From Macrostomum lignano (Eukaryota), in the NCBI GenBank assembly GCA_002269645.1, contig NIVC01002030.1, forward strand, positions 174,210 to 210,911: a DNA stretch of 36,702 bases, in the 5' to 3' direction. The position numbers and the translations under genes were made by a program. The notes beneath the pieces were generated by a model, which saw nothing but the letters and a program-made list of their open reading frames with translations, was not told the DNA's origin and did not search any database. Shown piece after piece: positions 12,621-22,634 of this stretch (within the stretch, counting starts at the first letter, position 1; every line of letters begins with the position of its first letter).

Positions 12621-12730
12621 TTCAGAGGCCCTAATAGCCTTTAGAGAACCGCTATCCCTCAGACAAAAATCATTATTATTAAGTCCCTATGGTTGAATCT
12701 CATCTGGCCCTCCCTCAATACCCGCGTTAG

Positions 12731-13471
12731 CGAGCCCTCGACAACCGTCTCGACCGCCTGTGCCAGGAGCTGGACAGGCCGCGCTGGGATCTGAACGTGA
12801 TCGCCGCCTCCAAGACCTCCCTCTTCGGCAACTGCCGCATCTGCCTGCACTCGGAGGCGTCCGCATCCACCGGCGGAGGCGCCCTTATTGACTGCTCCGC
12901 CGAGCCCAAACTGCTGCCAGGCGACCTCCGGCGCATCGCGGAGGTTCATTGCGACGCCGACTATATCCTGGTGGTGGAGAAGGACGCCGTCTTCCAGCAC
13001 CTCGTGGAGCGTCGGACCGCCCTGTCGCAGCGATTCGGCACGCCGCTCCTGCTGACCTCGCGCGGCTTCCCGGAGCTGGCGGCGCGGGAGTTCCTCGCCA
13101 GGCTGAGCAGCCTGCTTGGCCACGCCGTACCGGTCTTCGCCCTGATGGACGCCGATCCCTACGGCCTGGAGATCTTCGCCTGCTACCTGGCTGCCCCGCT
13201 GCCCGGCATGCGGCTCCTCGGCCTGCGCCCGCTGGATCTCGGCCGCCTGATGCCGCCGGCGGCGCACCGGCTGCCGCTGACGTCGGCCGATTGTCGCCGA
13301 CTCGACTCCCTGGCCGGCCGGGTGCCCGGACTGGCTGGCGAGACCGCCGAGCTGCGCCGGCTGGGCTGGAAGTGCGAGATCGAAGCCCTGTACGAGATGG
13401 GCGCCGATTACCTGGCGTCTGAGTACCTGCCGGCCCGCCTGGGGGAGGAGGGCATGTCAATAGCTGAATAG
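12731..13471 (+). CDS. SPO11: SPO11 exon 2 of 2 (Toprim domain)
   Basis: ttag|CGA GCC CTC GAC AAC.. in frame with ORF 12797; motifs LVVEKDAVF, DADPYGLEI, KCEIEAL, YLPARL; TAG at 13469-13471. Confidence 0.95.
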   Translation, partial: RALDNRLDRLCQELDRPRWDLNVIAASKTSLFGNCRICLHSEASASTGGGALIDCSAEPKLLPGDLRRIAEVHCDADYILVVEKDAVFQHLVERRTALSQRFGTPLLLTSRGFPELAAREFLARLSSLLGHAVPVFALMDADPYGLEIFACYLAAPLPGMRLLGLRPLDLGRLMPPAAHRLPLTSADCRRLDSLAGRVPGLAGETAELRRLGWKCEIEALYEMGADYLASEYLPARLGEEGMSIAE

Positions 13472-13576
13472 GTTCGTAGGGCGTCCGCTCAGCAGTTGCA
13501 CTATCTGTGACCGCGGTTTGCGCTGAACATGTTTAATGTTCATGCAGTTTTTTGTTTTGATGTCAAACTGGCCTAA

Positions 13577-14000
13577 GTGCTTCTAGTTCTGACAGGGTGC
13601 ATCTAGTTCTGACAGAGTGCTTCTAGTTCTGACAGGGTGCATCTAGTTCTGACAGAGTGCTTCTAGTTCTGACAGGGTGCATCTAGTTCTGACAGAGTGC
13701 TTCTAGTTCTGACAGGGTGCATCTAGTTCTGACAGAGTGCTTCTAGTTCTGACAGGGTGCATCTAGTTCTGACAGAGTGCTTCTAGTTCTGACAGAGTGC
13801 TTCTAGTTCTGACAAGGTGCATCTAGTTCTGACAGACTGCTTCTAGTTCTGACAGAGTGCTTCTAGTTCTGACAGACTGCTTCTAGTTCTGACAGACTGC
13901 TTCTAGTTCTGACAGACTGCATCTAGTTCTGACAGACTGCATCTAGTTCTGACAGAGTGAATCTAGTTCTGACAGAGTGAATCTAGTTCTGACAGAGTAC
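13577..14000. repeat. 20-bp minisatellite (GTGCTTCTAGTTCTGACAGA / GTGCATCTAGTTCTGACAGG-type variants) x ~21
   Basis: Period-20 tandem repeat starting ~105 bp after the SPO11 stop; two variants alternate in the first half. Confidence 0.97.
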
Positions 14001-15623
14001 TTTGAGATCTAAGTGTTTGCAGACACAGATTTTCAATGTAAGAGGTTGTATTTATGAGAATTTCAACTCCAAATAGTTGCAATTAACAATGTTTGCTTTT
14101 TCTTTTTGTTTTTTTCAGTACAAATATTGTAGTTTGTTTTTGAGCTGCTTGTAATAGTTGATTTTTGAGGCAATATTAGAAATATATTTAACCAGCTTTA
14201 TAATGAACTGTTGTTATGAAGTATTTGTCGCAGATTTAAATTTGATTCGAGAATGAAGCCTGCAGTATTGAAACAATTCATCTTGCAGTGTTCTTCCACT
14301 ATCAATATCAAATTATCAATAACGCAGAGGAAGAATAGACTTCAACAACAAGCATATAAGAAACAGTAGAAAAAAGCGAATAAAAATAATTTTTTATATT
14401 TAAAATATCAAGGCTACGCCACCTCATCTGCGAGGTGAAAGTGTTCATCATCAATATCAGTTAAAAACCAAATGGGAATCTATTCGAGGCCTACAGGTAA
14501 TTTGTTAGCGCTAATAACAGCATTCTGTAAAACAATCAGGAAGAGCAAAATCGGACGAAAGTTAACAGTGCAAAGCCAAAACAGCTATAGCTAATGTCAT
14601 TGTCAATGAGGAAGTTATAAACTTACATTTTTGGACTCTTACGGGTATAATACGAGACAGGAGTTACTAACAGTAGTACTACAAATATTTTTACCCAGAA
14701 TGATGTAGATTTAACTCCAGCAGTTAAACGGTCAACCAAAAATTTTATAAGATAGGAATTTTAATTCGAATTAAAATTCCGATGTTTTTTCACTTCCACC
14801 TTAAACAGCCCATCATCAGTAAACGCGTCTCAAGCGTCACGGCCCCTAGTTTGATTCCTGCCACACTTATGAGAGTGTACATGTCTGACAATAGCTCAGA
14901 AGTCAGCGGAATGGGCGCTGGTTGCGAGACGATCGTGTCGCCAAAGGCGTTGCGCCAGGGTGCCCGCAGCCATACTGCAACAATTTTATGAACATGAATC
15001 ATAGCAGATTCTAGAACCAGAATAATTCAAGAGAAGCCTTATAGTCCGATGGGTAGTGGGGCTGTTATAGTGGTACTATTCAATATAATACAATATAAAA
15101 ACACGTGCTAGGATAGAACTAGTAGACAAAGGCTAATCGTATAAAAAGCAAAGTAAAAATTAATTTCGTTGTCTCTAGTCAGATGGGGCGCTAACGCAAG
15201 AACGAAATATCACAACGCCGAAAATGATTTGATGAATATATGCGACGCAAAATATAATAGAGTCTACTATCGATACTATAATATACAATTGATCCAATGC
15301 CAATAAAGGGGTCAAACATAAAATACGAGTAAATTTAATATCCAGTTCCTGAAATGTTGGCACTCCCCTCAGGTCATAGGCTGTTCCTTTTGGTTTAAGC
15401 GCTTTCGTCAGCTAGAAGCTAAAAATGACAAAGTTCGAATAAAAAAACAGACGGGCACATTAAACTCCAGTCAATCTGAAGTTGAATCGCTAAATTTGTA
15501 CAGGAAACGAGGCTCATTTGGAAATCAGTCCTTACAAAGTCTTGAATTTTCACCAGCGTTAAATTCAGTATTCAGTAAAACAAAATTTAGCATATTAACT
15601 AATAAAAGTAGAAAGTTCAGCTA

Positions 15624-15833
15624 CTAGCTTGACCCCGAGACGGCGGCTGTTGGCGGCGGAGGCAGCGGTCGCATGTCTCGAATCTCCTTCATCAAGTACT
15701 GCTTCTCGTCGTTAAACTGGCTGTCATGCTGCCTGTCCGTCTGGAAGTTCTGCAGAAAGTCAACCAGCTTGTCCTGATTCTGCACCAGGATGTTCTGCAC
15801 CGAGCGGGGCTTGTTCGGATTCGCCACGAATAC
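15624..15833 (-). CDS. CAB39: MO25/CAB39 coding exon 5 of 5
   Basis: gtccag|GTA TTC GTG GCG AAT CCG AAC AAG = VFVANPNK; QFNDEKQYL; TAG at 15624-15626. Confidence 0.95.
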   Translation of the reverse strand, partial: VFVANPNKPRSVQNILVQNQDKLVDFLQNFQTDRQHDSQFNDEKQYLMKEIRDMRPLPPPPTAAVSGSS

Positions 15834-15850
15834 CTGGACGGGTTGTTGAG

Positions 15851-16800
15851 CACTGAATAATGATTGCCCTGCTGACTCACTCACTCACACTGATGATTGC
15901 CATGCTGACTCACTCACTCACACTGATGATTGCCATGCTGACTCACTCACTCACACTGATGATTGCCATGCTGACTCACTCACACTGATGATTGCCATGC
16001 TGACTCACTCACACTGATGATTGCCATGCTGACTCACTCACTCACACTGATGATTGCCATGCTGACTCACTCACTCACACTGATGATTGCCATGCTGACT
16101 CACTCACACTGATGATTGCCATGCTGACTCACTCACTGATGATTGCCATGCTGACTCACTCACACTGATGATTGCCATGCTGACTCACTCACACTGATGA
16201 TTGACATGCTGACTCACTCACTCACACTGATGATTGCCATGCTGACTCACTCACTCACACTGATGATTGCCATGCTGACTCACACACACTGATGATTGCC
16301 ATGCTGACCCACTCACTCACACTGATGATTGCCATGCTGACTCACTCACTCACACTGATGATTGCCATGCTGACTCACACACACTGATGATTGCCATGCT
16401 GACTCACTCACTCACACTGATGATTGCCATGCTCACTCACACACACTGATGATTGCCATGCTGACTCACTCACTCACACTGATGATTGCCATGCTGACTC
16501 ACTCACTCACACTGATGATTGCCATGCTGACTCACTCACTCACACTGATGATTGCCATGCTGACTCACACACACTGATGATTGCCATGCTGACTCACTCA
16601 CTCACACTGATGATTGCCATGCTGACTCACTCACACTGATGAGTGCCATGCTGACTCACTCACTCACACTGATGATTGCCATGCTGACTCACTCACTCAC
16701 ACTGATGATTGCCATGCTCACTCACACACACACTGATGATTGCCATGCTGACTCACTACACTGATGCCTGTCATGCTGACTCACTACACTGATGCCTGTC
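15851..16800. repeat. 25-33-bp minisatellite (CACTGATGATTGCCATGCTGACTCACT[CACT]CA) x ~30 in MO25 intron 4
   Basis: Direct tandem repeat with variable number of CACT sub-units. Confidence 0.97.
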
Positions 16801-16883
16801 AAGCTCGACTTACACGAAAATGGTCTACTGACCCACTCTACAAAGCGCTACCTTGACCCGGTGACTGCAATCGGAAAACATAC

Positions 16884-17027
16884 CTTGAAGCAGTGGAATG
16901 CCTCGAATGCGATTTGCTTTTGCCGGCTCTTGAGCGCGTTCATAATCAGCTTGAGATGCTCAGCGCTAGCAATATACCGAGTCATTATGCCGTAGTTGTG
17001 CCGGTCCAACAGAATTTCGCCCAGCAA
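16884..17027 (-). CDS. CAB39: MO25/CAB39 coding exon 4 of 5 (not in the ORF track)
   Basis: tttgtag|TTG CTG GGC GAA.. translates [48 protein letters not shown]; donor GTATGT; 144 nt. Confidence 0.95.
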
Positions 17028-17190
17028 CTACAAACCAAAGTTTTGGTTGCCAGGGTCTTTAGGATTAAAAAAAAGCATTATCAATGAGCGCTGAGGCAAT
17101 TCTGCAAATTCCGCTGACTCCTGAGCAGGCCGTTGCTACTAGCAACAGACTGAGCTAGCAGTCAGTCACATGACCCACATCAAGCCTCAC

Positions 17191-17428
17191 CTTAAGCGCC
17201 TGCCTCCTAGTTACGTAGTTGTCAGACTCTACCAGACCGCGGTAATTTTCAAAGAACTGGTCAAAATTCTTTTCTAGAAATCTGGCCACCATCGGCTTGT
17301 GCCTGGTGAGCAGGTCCCTCAGGGTGGTGAAGCCGTCCGAGCTGATGTCAAATGCTGTGCCGTGTACGTGAGAGAACAGGCTGTAGAACCGGGCATCGTG
17401 CAGGAAAATCTCGGCGATCTTCTCGTGT
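17191..17428 (-). CDS. CAB39: MO25/CAB39 coding exon 3 of 5
   Basis: cacag|A CAC GAG..; FDISSDGFTTLRDLLTRHK and NYVTRRQALK; donor GTGAGG, phase 0. Confidence 0.95.
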
Positions 17429-17965
17429 CTGTGTGGTGAATTGGCAGCAACACCCGGCTCACACACTGAGACAGTAGAATTATATTCTATGTTAGTAGAA
17501 TTATACCGTATACTTTAGATTAGGGAAGTTTTTGTTATACATATACGTAGGACTACATGCCGTTATATGACTAACACAAGATTTGTGAGACAGCTCAAAC
17601 CGTTTGCGGTTACCTTCTCGGTTACATTTTTACCTTTCTTTTATTCAAATATATAAGTAAGATTGTTTGGTGCCGTGAAAACTCCAACTAGCCTACTGAG
17701 TTAGTAGACAGTTAAGCGCCAACACAACGATCTTGGACGACTCTCTTGCGATTCTATGGTACAGCTCACGTGACGCGCTTGTGACTCAACGGTCGCCTCT
17801 CCGTCGCATTAGACACATTAGAGTTGTTATTAAAAAGTCACAAGAGAACTCTTGGAAAAAAAACTTGGGTAGCAACGATGGAATTAAAGACGAGATTCCC
17901 AGAGAGCCGGGAGCCCTACCAAAACATTATCTAGCCAGCTCAAATACTAAGCCGAACGCACTGAC

Positions 17966-18273
17966 CTGCAAGCCTCGCGCAACATGCCACCGAAGCTGAC
18001 AGCGTGCTCAGGATTCTGGTAGCCATCGACCAGCATGTATAGCACGGACATGTTCCTTGTGATGTAGTCGACAGCTGGATACTTGTCTTCGATCCTCTTC
18101 GACATCAGCAGGGTGAACAGGTGCTCAACAAACTTGGCACTCTCAAAGTCGATCTTGTCAATATTTTCCAGCAGCATTGGGATCGCGGTCCGGTGCTCGT
18201 TGCAGAACATTTCGTGCGCCACTTCGGTCAGGGCCTCGCTGATTCGCAACTTCTCCGAGTTGGCATCAGACTC
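17966..18273 (-). CDS. CAB39: MO25/CAB39 coding exon 2 of 5
   Basis: ccgcag|GAG TCT GAT..; contains IDFE, PAVDYI, LVDGYQNPEHA, GGMLREAC; donor AG|GTCAGT, phase 2. Confidence 0.92.
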
Positions 18274-18340
18274 CTGCGGGGTGGGCTGGAAAGTGCAGCT
18301 AGCTGCTCTGCTTGTGGGATAGCTGTTTCCGGTGGGGCAA

Positions 18341-18762
18341 AAAGGCACACACGGGGAGGCAGCAGCCCCACCCACACCCGCCAAAGGCACACATAGGGAG
18401 GCAGCAGCCCCACCCACACCCGCCAAAGGCACACATAGGGAAGCAGCAGCCCCACCCACACCCGCCAAAGGCACACACGGGGAGGCAGCAGCCCATCCAC
18501 ACCCGCCAAAGGCACACATAGGGAGGTAGCAGCCCACCCACACCCACTAAAGGCACACACGGGGAGGCAGCAGCCCCACCCACACCCACTAAAGGCACAC
18601 ACGGGGAGGCAGCAGCCCCACCCACACCCGCCAAAGGCACACACGGGGAGGCAGCAGCCCCACCCACACCCACTAAAGGCACACACGGGGAGGCAGCAGC
18701 CCACCCACACCCGCCAAAGGCACACATAGGGAGGTAGCAGCCCACCCACACCCACTAAAGGA
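18341..18762. repeat. 41-42-bp minisatellite (GGGAGGCAGCAGCCCCACCCACACCCGCCAAAGGCACACAC-like) x ~10 in MO25 intron 1
   Basis: Direct tandem repeat; accounts for the repetitive ORFs at 18228-18755. Confidence 0.96.
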
Positions 18763-18786
18763 CCATTTAATAATTGTCACACAAAC

Positions 18787-18990
18787 CTTTGAGCCATGCC
18801 CATGCTCAGCACGTTCAGTTAAAAGAGACTTCAGGCCAGTCAAAGATTTGGCCACCTCCTCCTGGGCCTTCTTAATGTCCTTCTCCAATCGTTTGCTAGC
18901 AGTTGCATTGGCTTCATCAAGCGCACACAGGCTGGCATACAGATGCACTACCAGATCCTTTGGTGATTTGTGCCTACCAAACTTCAACAT
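18787..18990 (-). CDS. CAB39: MO25/CAB39 (calcium-binding protein 39-like scaffold), coding exon 1 of 5 (join complement 18787-18990, 17966-18273, 17191-17428, 16884-17027, 15624-15833; 367 aa)
   Basis: MLKFGRHKSPKDLVVHL..KKAQEEVAKSL matches MO25 N-terminus (FGKSHKSPADIV..KATEEVSKNL); donor AAG|GTTTGT. Confidence 0.9.
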
Positions 18991-19465
18991 GACTGCCAAT
19001 TATGTCTTAAAAAAAGTAACATTGATAAATATTTTTATGGAAAAGAATAGATTATTGCCATAAGTGTTTATAAATAAAAAACTGGTTCATATAAGTAATA
19101 GATTGTGGAATAAGCAAAAACATAAAAAATCCATAAAACATTATATTTTGTCAGCTTATCTTTTCATCCAAATTAGAATGCAAATCAATATAGGGCTGAT
19201 AATAATTTTAAATATAAAGCAGATTGGAACACCTTTGCTTAGGATTTATGCTATCTATAATAGCCAAGTTTAGTATTTTTAAAAAATGAGTATATAGGAT
19301 TCTTAGCTCTCTCTTTGTATCAATTTTAAAATGTCAAGAAACAAGAATTTATTTGCAAAACAAAAATAAAGCTATTAACCACTATTTTGACCAATAGATA
19401 GCAACTTTTGTATGTATGTTGCAAATAGAAAAAGCCCTAAATAAATCCCATGGTTGCATATTTAT

Positions 19466-19744
19466 CCTGATTGCAGCGCATGGGCATTTTGGCGGACGGC
19501 GTCCGGCGCGGATCTAATATGGCGCGGCGCGGCGCGTATGGCGCGCGGCGATTAGTACAGCGCGGCGCGGTACTAATTAGATGCCGAGGCATTTAGGCTT
19601 GATAAGACAGTCATAGTTACTCCTGCCGTTTACCCAAAACTGCGTTAATTTTGCTTTAGGGTTTCTTTCACAGGTAAGTCATTTCACAGCGTGGCGCAGG
19701 TTGTGTAGGCGTCTGGCGTACTTAAGCCATGCGCTGCAATAGGG
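19466..19744. mobile_element. 279-bp non-autonomous DNA transposon (MITE), superfamily unassigned, 8-bp TSD
   Basis: TIRs CC(TG/CT)ATTGCAGCGCATGG (14-bp perfect core at 19470-19483 / 19727-19740); identical flanks ATATTTAT at 19458-19465 and 19745-19752. Confidence 0.8.
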
Positions 19745-20087
19745 ATATTTATGGTAGATTTATAATAAAATTTTAAAGTATTTGTAATTTAAATGACAAA
19801 TCCTATATTTGTCTCATGGCTAAAGATTGTATGAAGAGGTCATCTAGATTATTCTTATTAGTGTTAAAGCTTTTAATTATATTCAATATAATTTTCCGTC
19901 TTTGTTTGATAAACGTTTTATAAGTTAGGGGCATAGGAATAGGATATTATACCATAGATAAGATTAAGATAGGATATCCATCAGTGGTAGATTTAGGGGG
20001 AGGCGCATAGAGCATGCGCCTCCCTCTTAAACTGAATTTTTTTTATTTTTACATTGAATAGAAAATATAAATTTATCATATATATAT

Positions 20088-20885
20088 ATGAGCTGGAGTA
20101 TATATATATATATATATATATATATACTCTCGCTCATCTTTCCTTTCTCTTCTTTTATCTTTTCTCTCTTATCTCTTCTCATTTCTCTCTGCCCCCTCTC
20201 TCTCATTTTCTCTCTCTCTCTCTCTCTTTTATCTCCTCCTCTCTCTACTCTCTCCCCTCTCCATTTTCCTCTTTCCTTTCCTCTCTCTTCACCCACTTCT
20301 CTACATTTATCTCTCCTCTCTCCTCTCGTCTCTGTAATCTCTTCTCTGTTCTCTCTACTCTCCCATCTTTCATCTGTTCACTCTTGTTTCTGCTCTCTCA
20401 TCCCCCTCTTTTATCTGGCATCTCTGTCTTATATGTTCTCTCACCTCTCTCCTCTGTACTCTTTTCTTTCCCCTCTTTTGACTCCTCACTTTCCTTTCTC
20501 CTTTCTTTTCTCTTCCCTTTTCTATACTCTCTCTCCTTCTCTTCTCTCTCCACTCTCCTCTCTCCTTTGTTTCTCATCTCTCCTTCCACCTTTCATCTCT
20601 ATAACCTTAGAGATGTAGAGATGTATCTTTATCTCTTCTCTCTTCCCTTTACTCTCTCATCTCTTCTTTCACCTCTTTCCTTTCTGCTCTCCTCTCTGCT
20701 GTCTCCCCTCTCCTCTCATCTGCAGCTCTCTGCTCTCTTATCTCTACTCTCTCCCCTCTTCTCCCCCTTTCTCTCATTGTCCTCACCCCCTCCTCTCTTC
20801 TATTATCTTTTCTTTTATCCCCTCTGTCACCTTTTCTCTCTTCAAATTGTCTATTCTTTCTTCTTTCCACTCTCATCTGCCCCTC
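20088..20885. repeat. (AT)n microsatellite followed by ~760-bp CT-rich polypyrimidine low-complexity tract
   Basis: Plus strand is predominantly C/T; produces the spurious S/L/F/P and R/E/K ORFs. Confidence 0.95.
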
Positions 20886-21924
20886 AGCCATGAGCTGGCC
20901 TTTGAGGTAAAAGTCTGCCCATCCCTGCTTGGAAAGCCAGTTTGTGGGACGTAGTACTCTCATGGTTGTTCTCATGCTTTAATCACGTTATCTTTCTTGC
21001 CAATTTATAGCCCTGAAAGGAATTTGTATATCTTTAGCTCCACTGCAGTCTGCATCAGTCTAACAACCAAGGAAATATGCATTTCTTAGGAGGCCATTTA
21101 AAATTTACACAGTACCTTTAAAAGAAACCTAAAATGTTCATGGTGTATCTAATTTAGTAGGGTTGTATTGCATAGCATTGCGTTGCCTTTTCATAAATCT
21201 TTTGCTTTTAAAAACCATGCTAGATTCCCTGAATTTGCCAATTGCCATCCACTGTTAAACTGCTGCAGAGTTTGCCAATACAGAGGGGAAGGCAGTGGTT
21301 AGAATTTCTCACTAAACTGTTATGGCTAAACGTAGCCTCTCCACTCTTGGGGTGTAGAGAAGGCTATAAATAAAGTTATTCCAAAACACTGTACATTTGC
21401 TATATACATTCAGTCTTATTGCCTGACCCTTTGTCTGGCTCTGGGGGAATGAGTGAGTGAGTGGCACAAACAACAGAAAAATCAGACAAACTTCACATGC
21501 TTACAGTTTCTTTTTTGAATGAGTTACAGAGTTGTAACTTTACATTTAGACATAAAATGAGTCAATGAAGAATTATGTCAAGTTTAAAGTAAATTGTTTT
21601 ACGTGGAGCAAACTTATGGCAGCCAAAAGTTAGTCAATTTTGAAACCCCTTTTACACATCTGGGCCCAGATCATGAAAAAGAGGCAGGCAGCAGAGGTTG
21701 GGATGGCTGTCTTGTTGAAAAAAGCAGCCTAACTTTAAAAGTGCACAGTGCTATTCAGGATTAACTTTGAGACTCAAAACTTTACATGATTGTGTCAAAA
21801 TAGTTAAACATTGTTTGTGTCAAATTTGAAGAGGATTAGTAAAAGTGGAGCGGCGCTATGGAGGATTTAGTGAAAAAATGCACATTTTAAGCATTTTTTT
21901 ATAACTTTAGGTAAGAAGACTTGA

Positions 21925-22090
21925 GTCTAGGAAATTTAAAGGTAGCCTAAGACATTTTCCGTAGTAAGTTTAAGGTGGGTGTAAAGTTTGGTAAAATTTG
22001 GTTGAGCGGTTTGGGAGTCCATAGCAATCAAAATTGTACATACAGACACATACACACACAGACCAAGTTTTGATTTTTATATGTAGAAAT
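21925..22090 (+). mobile_element. Probable 3' part of a non-autonomous Helitron-like (Lep1/DINE-like) element
   Basis: Layout AAGGTAGCCTAA..AAAGTTTGGTAAAATTTGGTTGAGCGGTTTGGGAG..(AC/ACAG)n..TTTGATTTTTATATGTAG resembles such 3' ends as recalled; not verified by search. Confidence 0.4.
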
Positions 22091-22634
22091 ATATATATCT
22101 GTATCGCCATTAATTTTTTTTGGATCCTACCTGATATCCATTCTTTAAGACTTCATAGTAATTCAATTCTTAATCTTAATTAAGGCTCTTAATCTTTTTT
22201 GCTTAAGTCTAAAATATTAAAGTAAGGAAGTTGTAGAAATAGATAATTTAGATTTAAAAATAGGATAATAGGTAATAAAAGGCATAATTGTTTTAGGTCT
22301 AATATATAAGTCTTTCATACTAAAAATAGTTTGTTATTATCTAAAATGATAATATCTAGCTTCTTTATTATAAATAATTTATAGGGAACAGTATAGAATA
22401 TTTATTAGGCCTAATAGTAATACTTAAAGAAATACTAACACAGAGATGGATCTAGCCTCCAGGTTCTAGGGGGTAGGGGAAGCTAGAGGCCAGGGATTAA
22501 TGCAGTTGTTTTGTCTACTATTAGTATCAATTTGTCTAATAATGTTTATTGTTGGTAAACAAAATGATTATTCAATGATAGGTATGTGGTATATTAATTG
22601 TTTATTTTAGCATAATTAATAATTATATTATATA

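Larger units (their letters stand above)
19982..22133. mobile_element. ~2.15-kb composite non-autonomous hAT-like element
   Basis: Starts CAGTGGTAGATTT, ends GGATCCTACCTG (degenerate CAG..CTG TIRs); perfect 8-bp flanking duplication ATATCCAT at 19974-19981 and 22134-22141. Confidence 0.65.

Noticed and set aside
12659-13460. Antisense and alternate-frame ORFs over SPO11 exon 2
   Set aside because: Shadow ORFs caused by high GC content.
14782-15002. Short ORFs on both strands between SPO11 and MO25
   Set aside because: No recognisable motif or consistent splice structure.
17668-17678. TGGTGCCGTGA, resembling a tRNA-His PBS, in MO25 intron 2
   Set aside because: Only 11 nt, with no preceding ..CA LTR end or TSD; plausible by chance.
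20027-20975. Hydrophobic 279-aa and charged antisense ORFs
   Set aside because: Translations of a CT/GA low-complexity tract.
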